From positions 25,050,001-25,114,000 of the forward strand of contig NC_087252.1 of the NCBI RefSeq assembly GCF_037042905.1: DNA of 64,000 nt, written 5' to 3'. Shown one piece after another: positions 13,476-25,700 of this stretch. A program made the translations under genes and the position numbers. A model generated the notes under the pieces. The model did no database searches, was not told where the DNA came from, and saw only the letters and a list, made by a program, of their open reading frames with translations. The DNA comes from Lytechinus pictus (taxonomy: Eukaryota). The stretch's first letter is position 1. Each line of letters opens with the position of its first letter.

Positions 13476-14958
13476 GGGGACATCCTGATATTCCGCAGGT
13501 CCGATAGTCCGCAGTGTGTGTAAAATTATGATCAGGATATCATGGATATAGTGAGATCAAATGTCGAGTGGTCAAAAGGTCAAATGATACGAGACCATGG
13601 GGTTCTATCAGGCGCGGATCCATAAAATGGCAAAGGTAAAAACGGCAGACATTACATCAAACCCCCGTTTGGAGAAAGACCGCAGTTCAGATTGCAAACT
13701 GCGGTTCTACACCCCATTTTGCGTTTGTAAATCCTTAAATCATTTCCAAGCCCAGGGGGCCGTTTCATAAAGCTGTTCGTAAGTTAAGAGCGACTTTAAG
13801 AATGACTGGTGATCCTTTCTCGCGCGCTAAATCATCGCCAATGGTGTGTACCATTTACCGCAAGTCAGGATCACCAGTCGCTCTTTATTTACGAACAGCT
13901 TTATGAAACACCCGCCTGATCAACCCCGCTAGGCCAGGTAATCCCCGCTGTCTCAATTTTACCTCCACAGGCCAGATTATGAGCGTTGAGCCAAGGACGA
14001 AATGATAAACAACAGCTGTGCTATTACGTAAGATTTCTATGCCTGTAGTAGGACCTTCGGAATGAAATTATTGTATTCGATATTTAATCACGTTTTCAAA
14101 GGCATATTGTATTCAGAAATCCAATGTTAGTCCATTTTCAATTTTGAACGAAGAAAATCGACCTCGAAATAAGGAAAGTAAGTGAATTAAAATTACGGCA
14201 TGCTTTGCAGGGACCGTCGCTCGGGCTGTTGTGTTATCTTCGGACCAAGGTCAAGAAACGGGTGTTTTGATACTTAAATTGCTTGCTTGGGGCAGTTATG
14301 GTTTGTCATACTTGGAGAAGAGAATTGATTGGGGGAAACTGGGGTATAGTGTTCTCAAATGGATGTTTTCATCACGGAGGTATAAATGACAGAGGTAATA
14401 ATAGCAGAGGTAATAATGGCAAAAATGGAGAGGTATACATGGTCAGTCTTAAACCCCCATGCGAAAAAATCAAATATTCCCTCCATGCATACAGTAGATT
14501 AAATAAGAAAGGTTCTGAGAAGAAAATTGAAATTATATCAATGTTTGACTAATGGAAAGGGTAACATTTTCAAATGATACTTTGGATCTTCTGCACCAAA
14601 TTGTTAACACTTGAGCTGGTATTTCTTATTTTTTCCTGGACTTATATGCACGGCCTTCTCATTTCAAATCGCTCTTCTAATATTCAAATTTGAAGCACAC
14701 TTTGGATCCCAAGTATTATACTTAATTCATTACAGGGGAAATTCACACTGACATAAAGTTTATTGTAGAAATAGCAGACAATAATAAAAATGATATTGGT
14801 GAGGCTATTAGAATTTTACATTTTAACGGTGACGTCATTTCCGAGCAGATTTTCCCACATATGGTGTAATAAAAAATATCTCACTATATTCTGATCATAA
14901 TTTTACACACACCGCGGACTATCGGACTATCGGACCCGCGGACTATCGGGCTGTAACC
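13476..14958. mobile_element. GG-ended TIR element with 8-bp TSD, nested
   Basis: ~60-bp TIR containing CCGATAGTCCGC..GTGTGTGTAAAATTATGATCAG; TSD TAATTTAT. Confidence 0.75.
13755..13913. mobile_element. ~170-bp hairpin MITE; further copies at ~20392-20584, ~34100-34243 and ~58654-58826
   Basis: GGGGGCCGTTTCATAAAGCTGTTCGTAAGTTAAGAGCGAC arms present in all four copies. Confidence 0.8.
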
Positions 14959-15734
14959 TAATTTATACAGGAAATCTGCATAAACCATGGACTCAACCAT
15001 GGATTTTCAAAACCACCTTTGTGAATTCGGGCCCATATTTGGTGCAACAAAAGATACGATCCTCCACCACAGGTAATCATAAAAACATGATAAAATATTC
15101 AAAACAGATGCATAGAATAATATACTAGTAGTACTGATCTAGAATACAGCTACTTATAAGTAACAGGAAAAAAAAGGATGAACATAATATCCATACAGTG
15201 ACATCTGGCTATTAAAATACCTTGAATATAACATGGACCTACCGAGGGTGATAACACTTCTGCGTGAAGGAATTTATGAAATTGTACCAAGGTAGAGTAG
15301 TACATTGTAGGTCCATGAATATACAGCCTGTATTTGAAGAATTGATATAGGCATACATTCCAAACAATTACAATGGATAATATATTCATACAAATTTTCC
15401 CTTTACACACACACACACACACCCTCACCCTGCACACACCTTAATAAAAAGTGTATATTCTCTCTGTTACCTAAAAACTTATCATAAGAAATATATGGAG
15501 GCACATTGGTATTATAATGCAGTGAGAAAGATAAATGATTGTCATAACAATATGGTGTCATTTTTTAACTTAATATTTTGCTTTTTTATATGAAAGACAT
15601 GTATTTAAACAGAATAATAATGGGAGAATGGCTTCTTCGTTGTTATTTCGTTCTAATTGTATCATCATTATTTCTTTTGAGGGGAGGGGGGGGGGGGCTC
15701 ATTTCAGAAATGGTCTGTTCAAAAGCCAACTTAA

Positions 15735-16105
15735 AGTTCAAGTCCACCTCCGAAAAATGTTGATCTGAATCAACAAAGAACCATATAATGTTAAACAATT
15801 GTGATCCCACATGTTCAGTGAGAAATAAAACTTTGTTTCACATGACAATTATGAGGAGAAAATTAAAACATTTCATATTTCATATAATAAAATATAAAAG
15901 AAAAAGTGAGTGAGTGATGTCATCAGTTCCCTCATTTGCATACCGACCGGGATGTGCATATAGCTATTATGTGAAAATAAGGGAAACTTTGAAATGTCGT
16001 AACTTTCTTATTTTACATGCGATTTTGATGAAATTTTCAGTGTTATGCTTGTTAGATTTTTCTCTTTTTATTCGAATCAGCTTTTTGTTGGGGTGGACTT
16101 GTCCT
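15735..16105. mobile_element. Degenerate TTAA MITE
   Basis: TTAA|AGTTCAAGTCCACC ... GGTGGACTTGTCCT|TTAA. Confidence 0.65.
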
Positions 16106-17492
16106 TTAAGATGAAAAAAAAATAATGATGGTAACAAAATCGATACATAACTCTTGGTTCATTTTTGTGTATACTCATGTGTCATGTATTTTCTGATATC
16201 TTCGCAAAATATAACTATCAAGAAAGGTGAAAGGGTGGGGGGGGGGTGGATTTTATCAGATGGAGGGCTCCCAGACCCCACTGTTAGTCCAGTACTTCCA
16301 AAGGCAATGGGATCAATCGGTTCCAGGACTTGTTTCATAAAGAGTTCCAAGATTTGCCATTGGGTCAAATAGTATAACACAGATCAGCAGCCAATGAAAA
16401 TACAATAATGGCAAAGTTGCCATACTTGTAGTTGTAACTCTTTGTAAAACAGGTCCTGAGACAGTTATAATCATCTTCCCCACCCGCAAAGTAGGGACAG
16501 TGATTTTTAGTCACACGGGTAAAGCAGCAAAAGAAAATTTGTTTTGGTTGTTTACATTTCGTGCAAAAATTCATTGCATTTGCCTTTTCAAAATGGTATT
16601 CATGTGTTTGCTGTTGTCTCTTCCTATGACAAAACAGACTTCCCATTTGAGGTTAGGTTTGAAATGGAATTAAAGATTATCTGAAATGGTTAAGGGCCAT
16701 TCATTTAAATGGAAAGTCACTGTCTGAATTACAATCAGGCATCACACCTGTAGTCCTGGATTCTATATTTTCCGTCAGTTCAAGAGAAAAGTCCTGGATC
16801 GCAAATTCCTGGAGATGATAAAGATGAAAGCAGCGGGGACAGAAGGGGAGGAAAATAAGAAGAGAAAATGAAAGATAAATAAAAAAAAAATGATTTGAAT
16901 TAAAATGAACTGAAATGAAGAGACACTAGTGTAGGGAATGCCAAGCCCTCTGTCTCAAAAAATCAGTGATTTTACTGGAAATACTTTCTTTTATCTTTAA
17001 GCATTATGCAATCTTAACATTGGATGCACTACAAATGGTCTTCATCTCAGAAATTGAAGCAATTGAAATTTGGCAAGGTAATGAAAACAATAAAATCACT
17101 GTTTATATAATTTGTCAATGTTTTGATGAAATCATACTACATATAGATTTTTTTTTCCATTTTGACTTCTACAGCTGTTACATCCAGAATTGCTTTCAAA
17201 CTATGTAACTGGGTAATAAATGGTAATGGTTGCCAATTTGAGTGCAAAAGCTACCAATTTGAGGAGTTGGTTGAAAACTTTAAACCTTACAAAAGTTCAA
17301 TCAATCATATCATTAGCTGCGTAACTGGGTATTGCCAATTTGAGGAGAATAGGTTGAATACTTTAAGCCTTAGAAAAGTCCAATCAATTATATAGCTATG
17401 TATTAACTGGGTAATGAATGATATACGTTGCCAATTTGAGAAAAATTAAGGCTGCCCATTTGAGGAGAACAGTTGTATCATCATACCATAAA

Positions 17493-17611
17493 CTATGGGC
17501 AACTGATTTCATCTGAACCATCAAAACAATCAGGATATACGTCGCACTCCCAAAAGTCAGGGATGCAGCCTCCGTCATCGCATGTAAACTCATTACTGGC
17601 ACATGTTGGCG
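17493..17611 (-). CDS. Terminal coding exon: LDLa module followed by stop
   Basis: [44 protein letters not shown] acceptor. Confidence 0.82.
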
Positions 17612-19734
17612 CTGGAAAGTATTAAGCAAAAAAAAAAATGGGATAAATTTCATTTCAATTTTTCTGCTATAGATTTCACAAAGGTCAGTGTACATAAAGG
17701 CATACATGTATAAGAAATACTCAATACAAGCATATAACACATATTATGACAATTATGTTCTCATAACACACTTTATATTGCAAATGCAATGAAAAAATAC
17801 TAGCTAGCCCATAAAACACTGTCTATGTATGTTTCATGGGCTGCTCGGGGTATAAACTGGATTTTCATTTTTTTTAATCCCTATTATATCATAAACAAAT
17901 CCAGATAATCACAGGATGATGTTCTAGAGATGAATTATTTATCAATATGAAAAATGAAATTTACTTCCTTTTTATACTATTTTGAAAAATAATGGCCATC
18001 TTTTTTAATTTGAAATATACAACAATACAGGACGCTATTTGAAAAACAATCATTCGATTGAAGAATGTTTTTATTTACAACTATGACATTTGCGAATTAT
18101 TTGCTTCAAATTTATACACAATCATTGAGGCATGTTTCATGAATAAATACAGCATTAAGAACCCACTGCACTATTCGTAAAAGAGTAAGGGGAAACCCTG
18201 GTGTATTGGTCCACCTGCACTCCCCCAATCAGTTATATCGGGAGGAGAGACCTGAATATTGATTCATTCCACTTTTTGCCTCCCAGGCACAGGTGATTTC
18301 AAACAGATAATAATGATAATAAAAAATAAATATAACATTTTTGGCCATGCTCGTGGCCTTTCGACCTGTCTCTCCCAGCCCTGCTAATGGCCTTTTGAAA
18401 TAGAAAGGTTAATTACCTTCTACCACTGATAGTTGTATCTGGAAGCCATGGGCTTGGCCGTAATATCCTGTGTAGAGAGTAATGGCCATTGTATTGCCAC
18501 TAGATATAATCTCAGACTGAGCATCGGTCAAACTCCTTCCATACGTGTAGCCAAGTGCTGTGATGAAATTGCTGGTTACCGGATGGACCTCGTGATCGTT
18601 CGTGAAGAGGAGAAACGTCGAGTAGCTGACATTGAAATCTAATATCTGCGCCAACACAGCCATTCCTTCTGGTGCGGTGACGAGCGTCACCGTGACATCG
18701 TTCGGGGGGTAGTCTCCGGGATAGTTGGGAGATGTGATGATGATAGGATCATTGGTCAAGGTATAACTCACTGAAAAGAATAATGTTATAAAAAAGGATT
18801 TAACTTGGAATTTATTATACAATATTCATTATTACCCGTATCAGGCATCTGAGCTGGTCTTCTACAGAAACCATTTTGCCCTACATTTTCTGAATATCTG
18901 GAAGGGATAGGTATAATGTTTTTATTTTTCTCAATCTCAATGCGTGTATTTACTTTGCATGCAGAGACAATGCAAATATACCTTTGTATTTTCCTGGTCT
19001 CACATCCGGGCATTTGAGGATGCATATGAAGAGATTCATATTGATCCACGCACCAACAATATACGTCAAAATAAAGACAACGTTGGGTCCGGGCGCTTGC
19101 AAGTACATCATAATGGCAAAGTGCAGAGCCTAGACCCTGATATCAACATGACACAATAGAACTCTATTTTTAAAAGAAATATCACCATTATCATGATTTT
19201 GGCTCTAGATATCTGATTTGGATGATACTAAAATTATTGACTGGCTCTTCTTTCGGGGAACATCAAATATATTGCCCACGTCTAAAGACTCTGGTCACTA
19301 TTATTTAAGTATACTCCCTCTCCCCCACATATTTGGGCAGCTTTATCTCAATACATCATCCAATGATCTATTGCTCCATACACACAGTACAAAAAACAAG
19401 ATGGATAGATCATGTTTTTTTTTCAGTTAAAGACCAAAGCTTTGGAATCAACTACCTATCCAATTATGCCAACTTTCATCAACTGAAACATTCAAGTCCT
19501 AACAGAAAACCTTCCCCCCCTCTCATTAATGATTTAACAGTTTACTACATTCAGGAATATTAAATCTAAAATATTTTATTCTTTTCAATTATTGTCCTTT
19601 TGAAGATTCACTTTCTTCAAGTGTCCATGATATGGAAAGGTGGAATTGTTCACCATAAAGTAGGCACTATTTTTATCATCATCATTATTGTTATTAGTGT
19701 TGTTATCGTTATTTTTATTATTTTTGTAATTATT

Positions 19735-19766
<32 letters not shown>

Positions 19767-22700
19767 TATCATTTTCGTTATCATTACTAATTTTATTATA
19801 ATTATTATCAGAAAGTCAAAAGAGGCCTAAGCTTTCGATCCTAGCAGAATCTTCATCGGAGGCAAAATGACAAACATATAAAGTAGAACAACCATAATAT
19901 AGACCACAGACAAGCTGCAACAACACTAGAAACAAGGAGACAGGGGGCATTAGTGAGTAGAGAAGACCAATCAGGTTAGTGAAGGGGATGAAAGAAAAGG
20001 AGTAGGCAGACACAAAGGGAAGTTAGTGTAAGTAAGGCCAAAGAAAGTCCTCAAGCCAAGAGGGATTAGGGTAATGAGGCAGGCAACATCAAACAGGATC
20101 TGGAACAAAACAGTGATAGAGGGTACGAGAAAGAGATGAATACCAATAATTATTATTGTGGAATTATGCAAAAATACATAAATAGATAGCACTTTTACGA
20201 AGTGCATATTCACTGATTCTTTGAAAACAAACCAGGCACTAGTTTTTTTTTTTTACTGGTGCTTGAAAACGTTCTCAGCAGTGTTTGTCAGATCAAGGCT
20301 GCCATACACAAAATACGGACAGCATTTCACAGGGAAAGTTCACCCTGAAGAAAAGTTTGTTGATTGGTAAGCTTTGTGTTGCAGGCTCCAGGAGGATGTT
20401 TCATAAAGCTGTTTGTATGAAAAGACCGACTTTAAGAACGACTGGTGATCCTTTCTTTTGGTAAATGGTATACACCATTGGCGATGGTTTAGCATGTAAG
20501 AAAGGTTTAGCACGTAAGAAAGGTTGACCAGTCATTCTTAAAGTTGCTCTTAATTTACGAACAGCTTTATGAAACGGCCCCCCAGGTCTTTGGTAAATCC
20601 GCACTTCAGAATACGGGTAAATGGTAGGAATGTATTACTTACCTGTGTTGTTTATATTGGCACAAGAATCTTCATCAGAATAATCAGTGCAGTCAGGATA
20701 CCCATCACAGTAGTAACTAGCAGGGATACAATGGTCTCCGCAGGCATATTGACCAGCATCACACTCTAGGGAAATAGTAAATAATATAATACTTGTTTAG
20801 TAAGGAGATTTTACTAAAATATTGACTGGTTGAACTTTAATGGGAAGATAGTATAAAAATATTGACTGCTTAAGATTTTTAAAAACAAGGAGGTAGCATT
20901 CATATATTGAGTGTTAAGAAAGGAGATATATTGACTGCTTATTTGCAGGTATACAATGGCTCATGCATTCATATTGACCATATCATGGCACTCCAGGTAG
21001 ATAGTAAAAAATATGACACATTTAATAAGGAGATAGTTTTCATACATTCACTGCATATTTGCAGGGATGCAACGGTTCACAGTAAAGCAAGTATATTGAA
21101 CTGCACTGACTCAATTACCATTTTCTAAAACAAGGGACCTTGATTTTTTACACCAATTCTTTTTTAAAATATTATAAAAATTCTTATCTTCCTTTAAATA
21201 GTTTTAGATGTGGAATATAAAGCAAATAATCACCTCTTGATTTGAGGTAAAAAGCCCGGGGGGCCACTTCCATTGACAAGTGGATACCATGCGCGACCAT
21301 GGGGTCTCTAAAAGCACCGTAAACACGTATTTTCCATATTCTGAAAATGCACCCCTTAACACGTATTGGCGTGTGAAACCCTACCCTTAACAAGTATTGG
21401 AAACAAAACGATACCCTTGGCAAGTATTCCCTGAAATGAACCCCTAAACAAGTACAGGAATATTTTGTCACGGGTCCTTTGGTCGTCGGTTTTACCTTTT
21501 AATATACATCATTTGGTTTAGTATGAACCCACCTTCCACACCTCGTGCAAATCGGACTCTAAACACGTAGTGTTGGGGCAAAAAGGACATCCTTTATAAA
21601 ACATTTTAATTTTGTTTTATCATCCCCGCAAATTTGACCCTTAACACGTAACTTTTCTAGCGAAACAGATACCCTTTTTTCATTATTTTTTTGTTTTTGA
21701 CACCCTTATCACATTACGTATGTAACGTGCCCTATCTTGAAAAAGACATCCTTTTTACGTGTTTTTTTGGTCGTGCATGGTATCCACTCGTCAGTGTAAG
21801 TGGCCCCCCCCCCCCTGGGGTAAAAAGACAAACTGTCACTCCCTTGGCAAGCTGTACATGTATGTACATGCTACCTTTCCAAAGTGAAGCTAAAGAAAGA
21901 TAGCTACATCAATATTGTCTTGAAAGTAATAGCTTAACCACCACCTTCACAACCAAGGATTCTTGGCTTAATAATGAGCAAAATTTTATTGCATGAACAT
22001 ATCTTTTCCTTAATGCTAAAAAACTAGGTACTGCCAAGTAAAATAATAACTTAAGGACGTTCCACAGTTATGTTTGTGCGCATCATGATCTGCGCATATT
22101 TTACACTCTGCGCGCTGACGTCACAATGGATGAACTGGTGATTTAACCAGCTGTAGGTAATGTGAGCTGATTTTTCTCCTTATCTGCACTACATGTAACT
22201 TCAGATCTGATGTGTTATTTTATGAAGCTAATAAACTAGAATTATTCCATGGACCACTTTTTAATTCCTCTACAGTTTCAAAATACTTTTCTCTGTAGTG
22301 CTGCAAAGTATGATAAATATGACCCCGAGTATGAATAAATGGAAAAGTGGTTCGGAATTTTTCCTCACATAGATACAAAGCTTATGGCGCGTTTTCGGGT
22401 GTTATAACCCTAAATCTCCCGGGGTATTTTGATTCTTGTCATTCCCGGAGGGGGGCCATTATGGCCCCCCCTTAAGATCTCAGCCGTGGATTGCGCAATC
22501 ACAACGAAAATTTGCATGATGGTAGAGAATGACGTAATATACGCAGTTGCATTGGTAAATTTCACTTAATTCATATATTTTTATTTTATATGAATTATGC
22601 TAATTTATTCATGAAATCATACTTTTTGCTCTGATTCACTAAATAAAGCTCCTAGAATGCTATTTTTTGGTGAAAATATTCTTTATAGCATTCCTAACAA

Positions 22701-25700
22701 TTGTGAATGAAAAAAATTCTGGTACCAAGACCGATTTGTTATGTATTTTATTGTTTTTTTAATTTCTTATATATTTCTTTGTTTTTTTACTTTTTGTTTT
22801 TTTATTGTTTTTTCGATGGAAATCGTTGCAGACTTAATTCTGATCATAAACAAGGCAAAATTAATTAGGTTTAATCAGTAAAAGTAGAAGTAATGATACA
22901 TTTATGAATTTTGGCTAAATACACAATTTGCATTGGATTTGTACATGAAATCACGTTTATGAGCAATTTTTGGTCTGACATGCACTTACATAATGTTGCG
23001 TAATGTCGTAACCGCGTACCCGGGCGTCACAAATTTGGTCTCAAAATTTGTGCGAGACTTGAAAGTAAAAAGTCAGTGAGCGGCGAGGTCAAAATATTTT
23101 GCGCAGCAGATATATCGCGAAAACTGACGAGGGGGGGGGATCAATTATGGCCCCCCCCCCGGAGAATTAGGGTTAAGAAGCAAATTTGCTCTAATAAGAG
23201 TGCTGATAGTTTGAAAACAAGCACACAAACCCATATGTTTGCACCTCTTCGGTATACCTTCCTCTACAACTTTGCAAAGTTTGGTGAAAATGACATGGGC
23301 TTTGACTAAAGTGCAGCATTTCTTTTACTTCTCAAGTTTGTTATTGAAATTTGAAATGTTTGACGTTAAGTATCTTTCCCGCAATTTCTGAGAACTGAGT
23401 GTTGTTAGACTTTAATGAGCAAACAATTGACAGCAATATAAATAAATAAATAATCCATCTTACGGATACAATTATTGATCATATAACAAAATTTGATGAA
23501 ATCTTCCTGGATTTTGACTGAGTAATATAGCTTTAAACTCATTGTTGTGATCTCGTGAGGTCTAAATATGCCAAATACTTTTGGATGCACAATTCTTAAG
23601 AACATCATCCATTTTGGTTAACTTTGAAGCTCTATAGCAAAAAATCAAGCACATGGACACATGTAAATTTTTGTATATTTGGAATATTCAGATGCTAAAG
23701 TATCTTTATGCAAAGTATGATGAAAATGACATGGATTTTCAACAGCGGCGTAACAGGGGTCGGTGGCCAGGGGGGGCAAGAGCCAAAAATTTCCCGGTCA
23801 TATCATTGAACAGGCAATGGCGTCATAAGGCAAAAATTTTGAGGGGGCGATATGGCGTATCGGGAAAATGTATATATATATAAGCGAGCGAGCAAAATTT
23901 TTTTGACAACTTTATTGCAAAAAATCCAATTTTGTGATAGATTTTGACATAATGTTAAAAAGATGATATCATATATTCACCCTCCTCTCTTTCCTTTTTT
24001 CTCTCTTTTTTTGTACGCCACGGTGAACAGGATTTTTGTTATGAACTTATGATTGTGAGCATCAGGGCGAAGCTCTATATGCTTGAGGGGGCCGAGTATG
24101 GCGCTTTTGGCAAGAAGTAGCTTGATATAGGTCCCGAGCGAGCGAAGCGAGCGAGAAAAAAAATCACCTTTTCATGAGAATCTAACATGAAGATAGATTT
24201 TAATGTGATATTCAGAAAAATATAATACACTTTCCTTTCTTTCCTCATTTTGTTTGTTTGGTTATAGAACTTTTGGGGGCCATGGTCCAAACTCATCCAT
24301 ATAACAGTGCTTTATGGGTAGGGTCCAGGGCAGAGCCCCGGAACCTCTTGATATCAAAGCCATTTTAAACCTTACAGATGGCCACTTATTTTAATCAAAT
24401 TGCGTGTATATTTATATAGCTTTAACACAACACATAAATTCAATGCAGTTGTGTATCGTAATCATCCAAATATTGTGAGGGGCACACCATAGCAAATGTG
24501 GGAAAATTTGTAAAAAGTCGCCAGCGAGCGAAGCGAGCCAAAAAAAAATGGCCTGTTAAAATGAAATTCTAATTATGTGATAGATTTTTACATCATTATA
24601 GCAAATATCATGTCATATATATTTTTTCATTCATCTCATTTCGCTGCCTCCTTTATTTTCTTTTATTTCCCTTGGCTGTGGAACCACCCCCCGGTACGCC
24701 AGTGCTTCAACATAAAGCTTAATGCAGGAAAGGTCCATACAGGGGCCCGTTATAGAACCCATTGGAGGTTACAGATGAAGAGCCCCCACTGCACGGGGTC
24801 TTGACTCTTGGACAGAGCCTTTGGAGATTTAGCAAGTTTATGATAGACTTTCATACGACATTATGCTATATACCATCCATTTTTCTTCCCGCTCGTTATC
24901 TCAATCCTCGGCAGCCCTGTAGTGTACGTTATCTTGTCCCTATTCTTTATTTTCCAATTTAGATTTTGGCTAATTCCATTCTGCCTTTATTTCCCGCTTT
25001 TGTTTGCCTTTTTGTCATCTTTAATTTATTTCCCTGTCTTACTAATCATGCTAATGTATTTGTATATCGGGGCGAATTGTTCTTTGTCACTTGTTCTTTT
25101 TCCTTCCTTTTCCCGTTATCTTTCCGTTTTCCCTTTTTTATGTTTTTTCTTAGTTTTCTTTTCCCTTTTCCTTTCCCTTTCCCCTTTTTTCTTTCCTTTC
25201 CCTTTCCCTTTCTTCCCCCCTTTTTTTTCTTTTTCCCGTTTTTTTTATATTTTCCCGGTGAGCTCCGCCAGGGGGGGCAGCTTGCCCCCCCTGCCCCCCC
25301 CCCGCCTGTTACGCCACTGATTTTCAATGTTTGGGAGCAAGACTGCGGAACTACTCGCATTTTAGACGGTATATCAACAGACTTTTGCTTGTTTTCAGCG
25401 CATTTTGGGCTGTTTCAAGCCAACTCGCAATATTTTGGACACTGATAATTTGAAAACGAGCACGTGGACCCCATAGTTTAAATGTCTTAACTTCTTCAGA
25501 ATATATTCCTCTACAAATCTAGAGAGTATGATGAAAATGACATGGATTTTGAATGTTTGGGAGCAGAACTACGGAACCATTCGTATTTTAGACATTTTGG
25601 ATGGTATTATCAGACTTTTACTTGTTTTCGGCGCATTTTGGGCTGTTTCAAGCCAACTCGCAACAGTTTGGACACTGATAACTAAAAAACGAGCACATGG

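Larger units (their letters stand above)
13123..15035. mobile_element. Fold-back MITE (GGCCC ends, Harbinger-like), interrupted by an insertion
   Basis: 13123-13320 is mirrored by 13340-13475 plus 14959-15035. Confidence 0.75.

Noticed and set aside
17481..17492. Donor-like G|GTATGA just past the stop, implying the CDS continues
   Set aside because: It lies after the in-frame TAG and would give a 125-nt exon, breaking the phase-1 pattern; at most a UTR intron.
19600..19830. Poly-Ile hydrophobic ORF as a possible transmembrane exon
   Set aside because: Wrong strand for the gene; it is an (ATC)n microsatellite.
24922..25445. F/P-rich and K/G-rich ORFs
   Set aside because: Low-complexity pyrimidine tract inside a hAT-like element.
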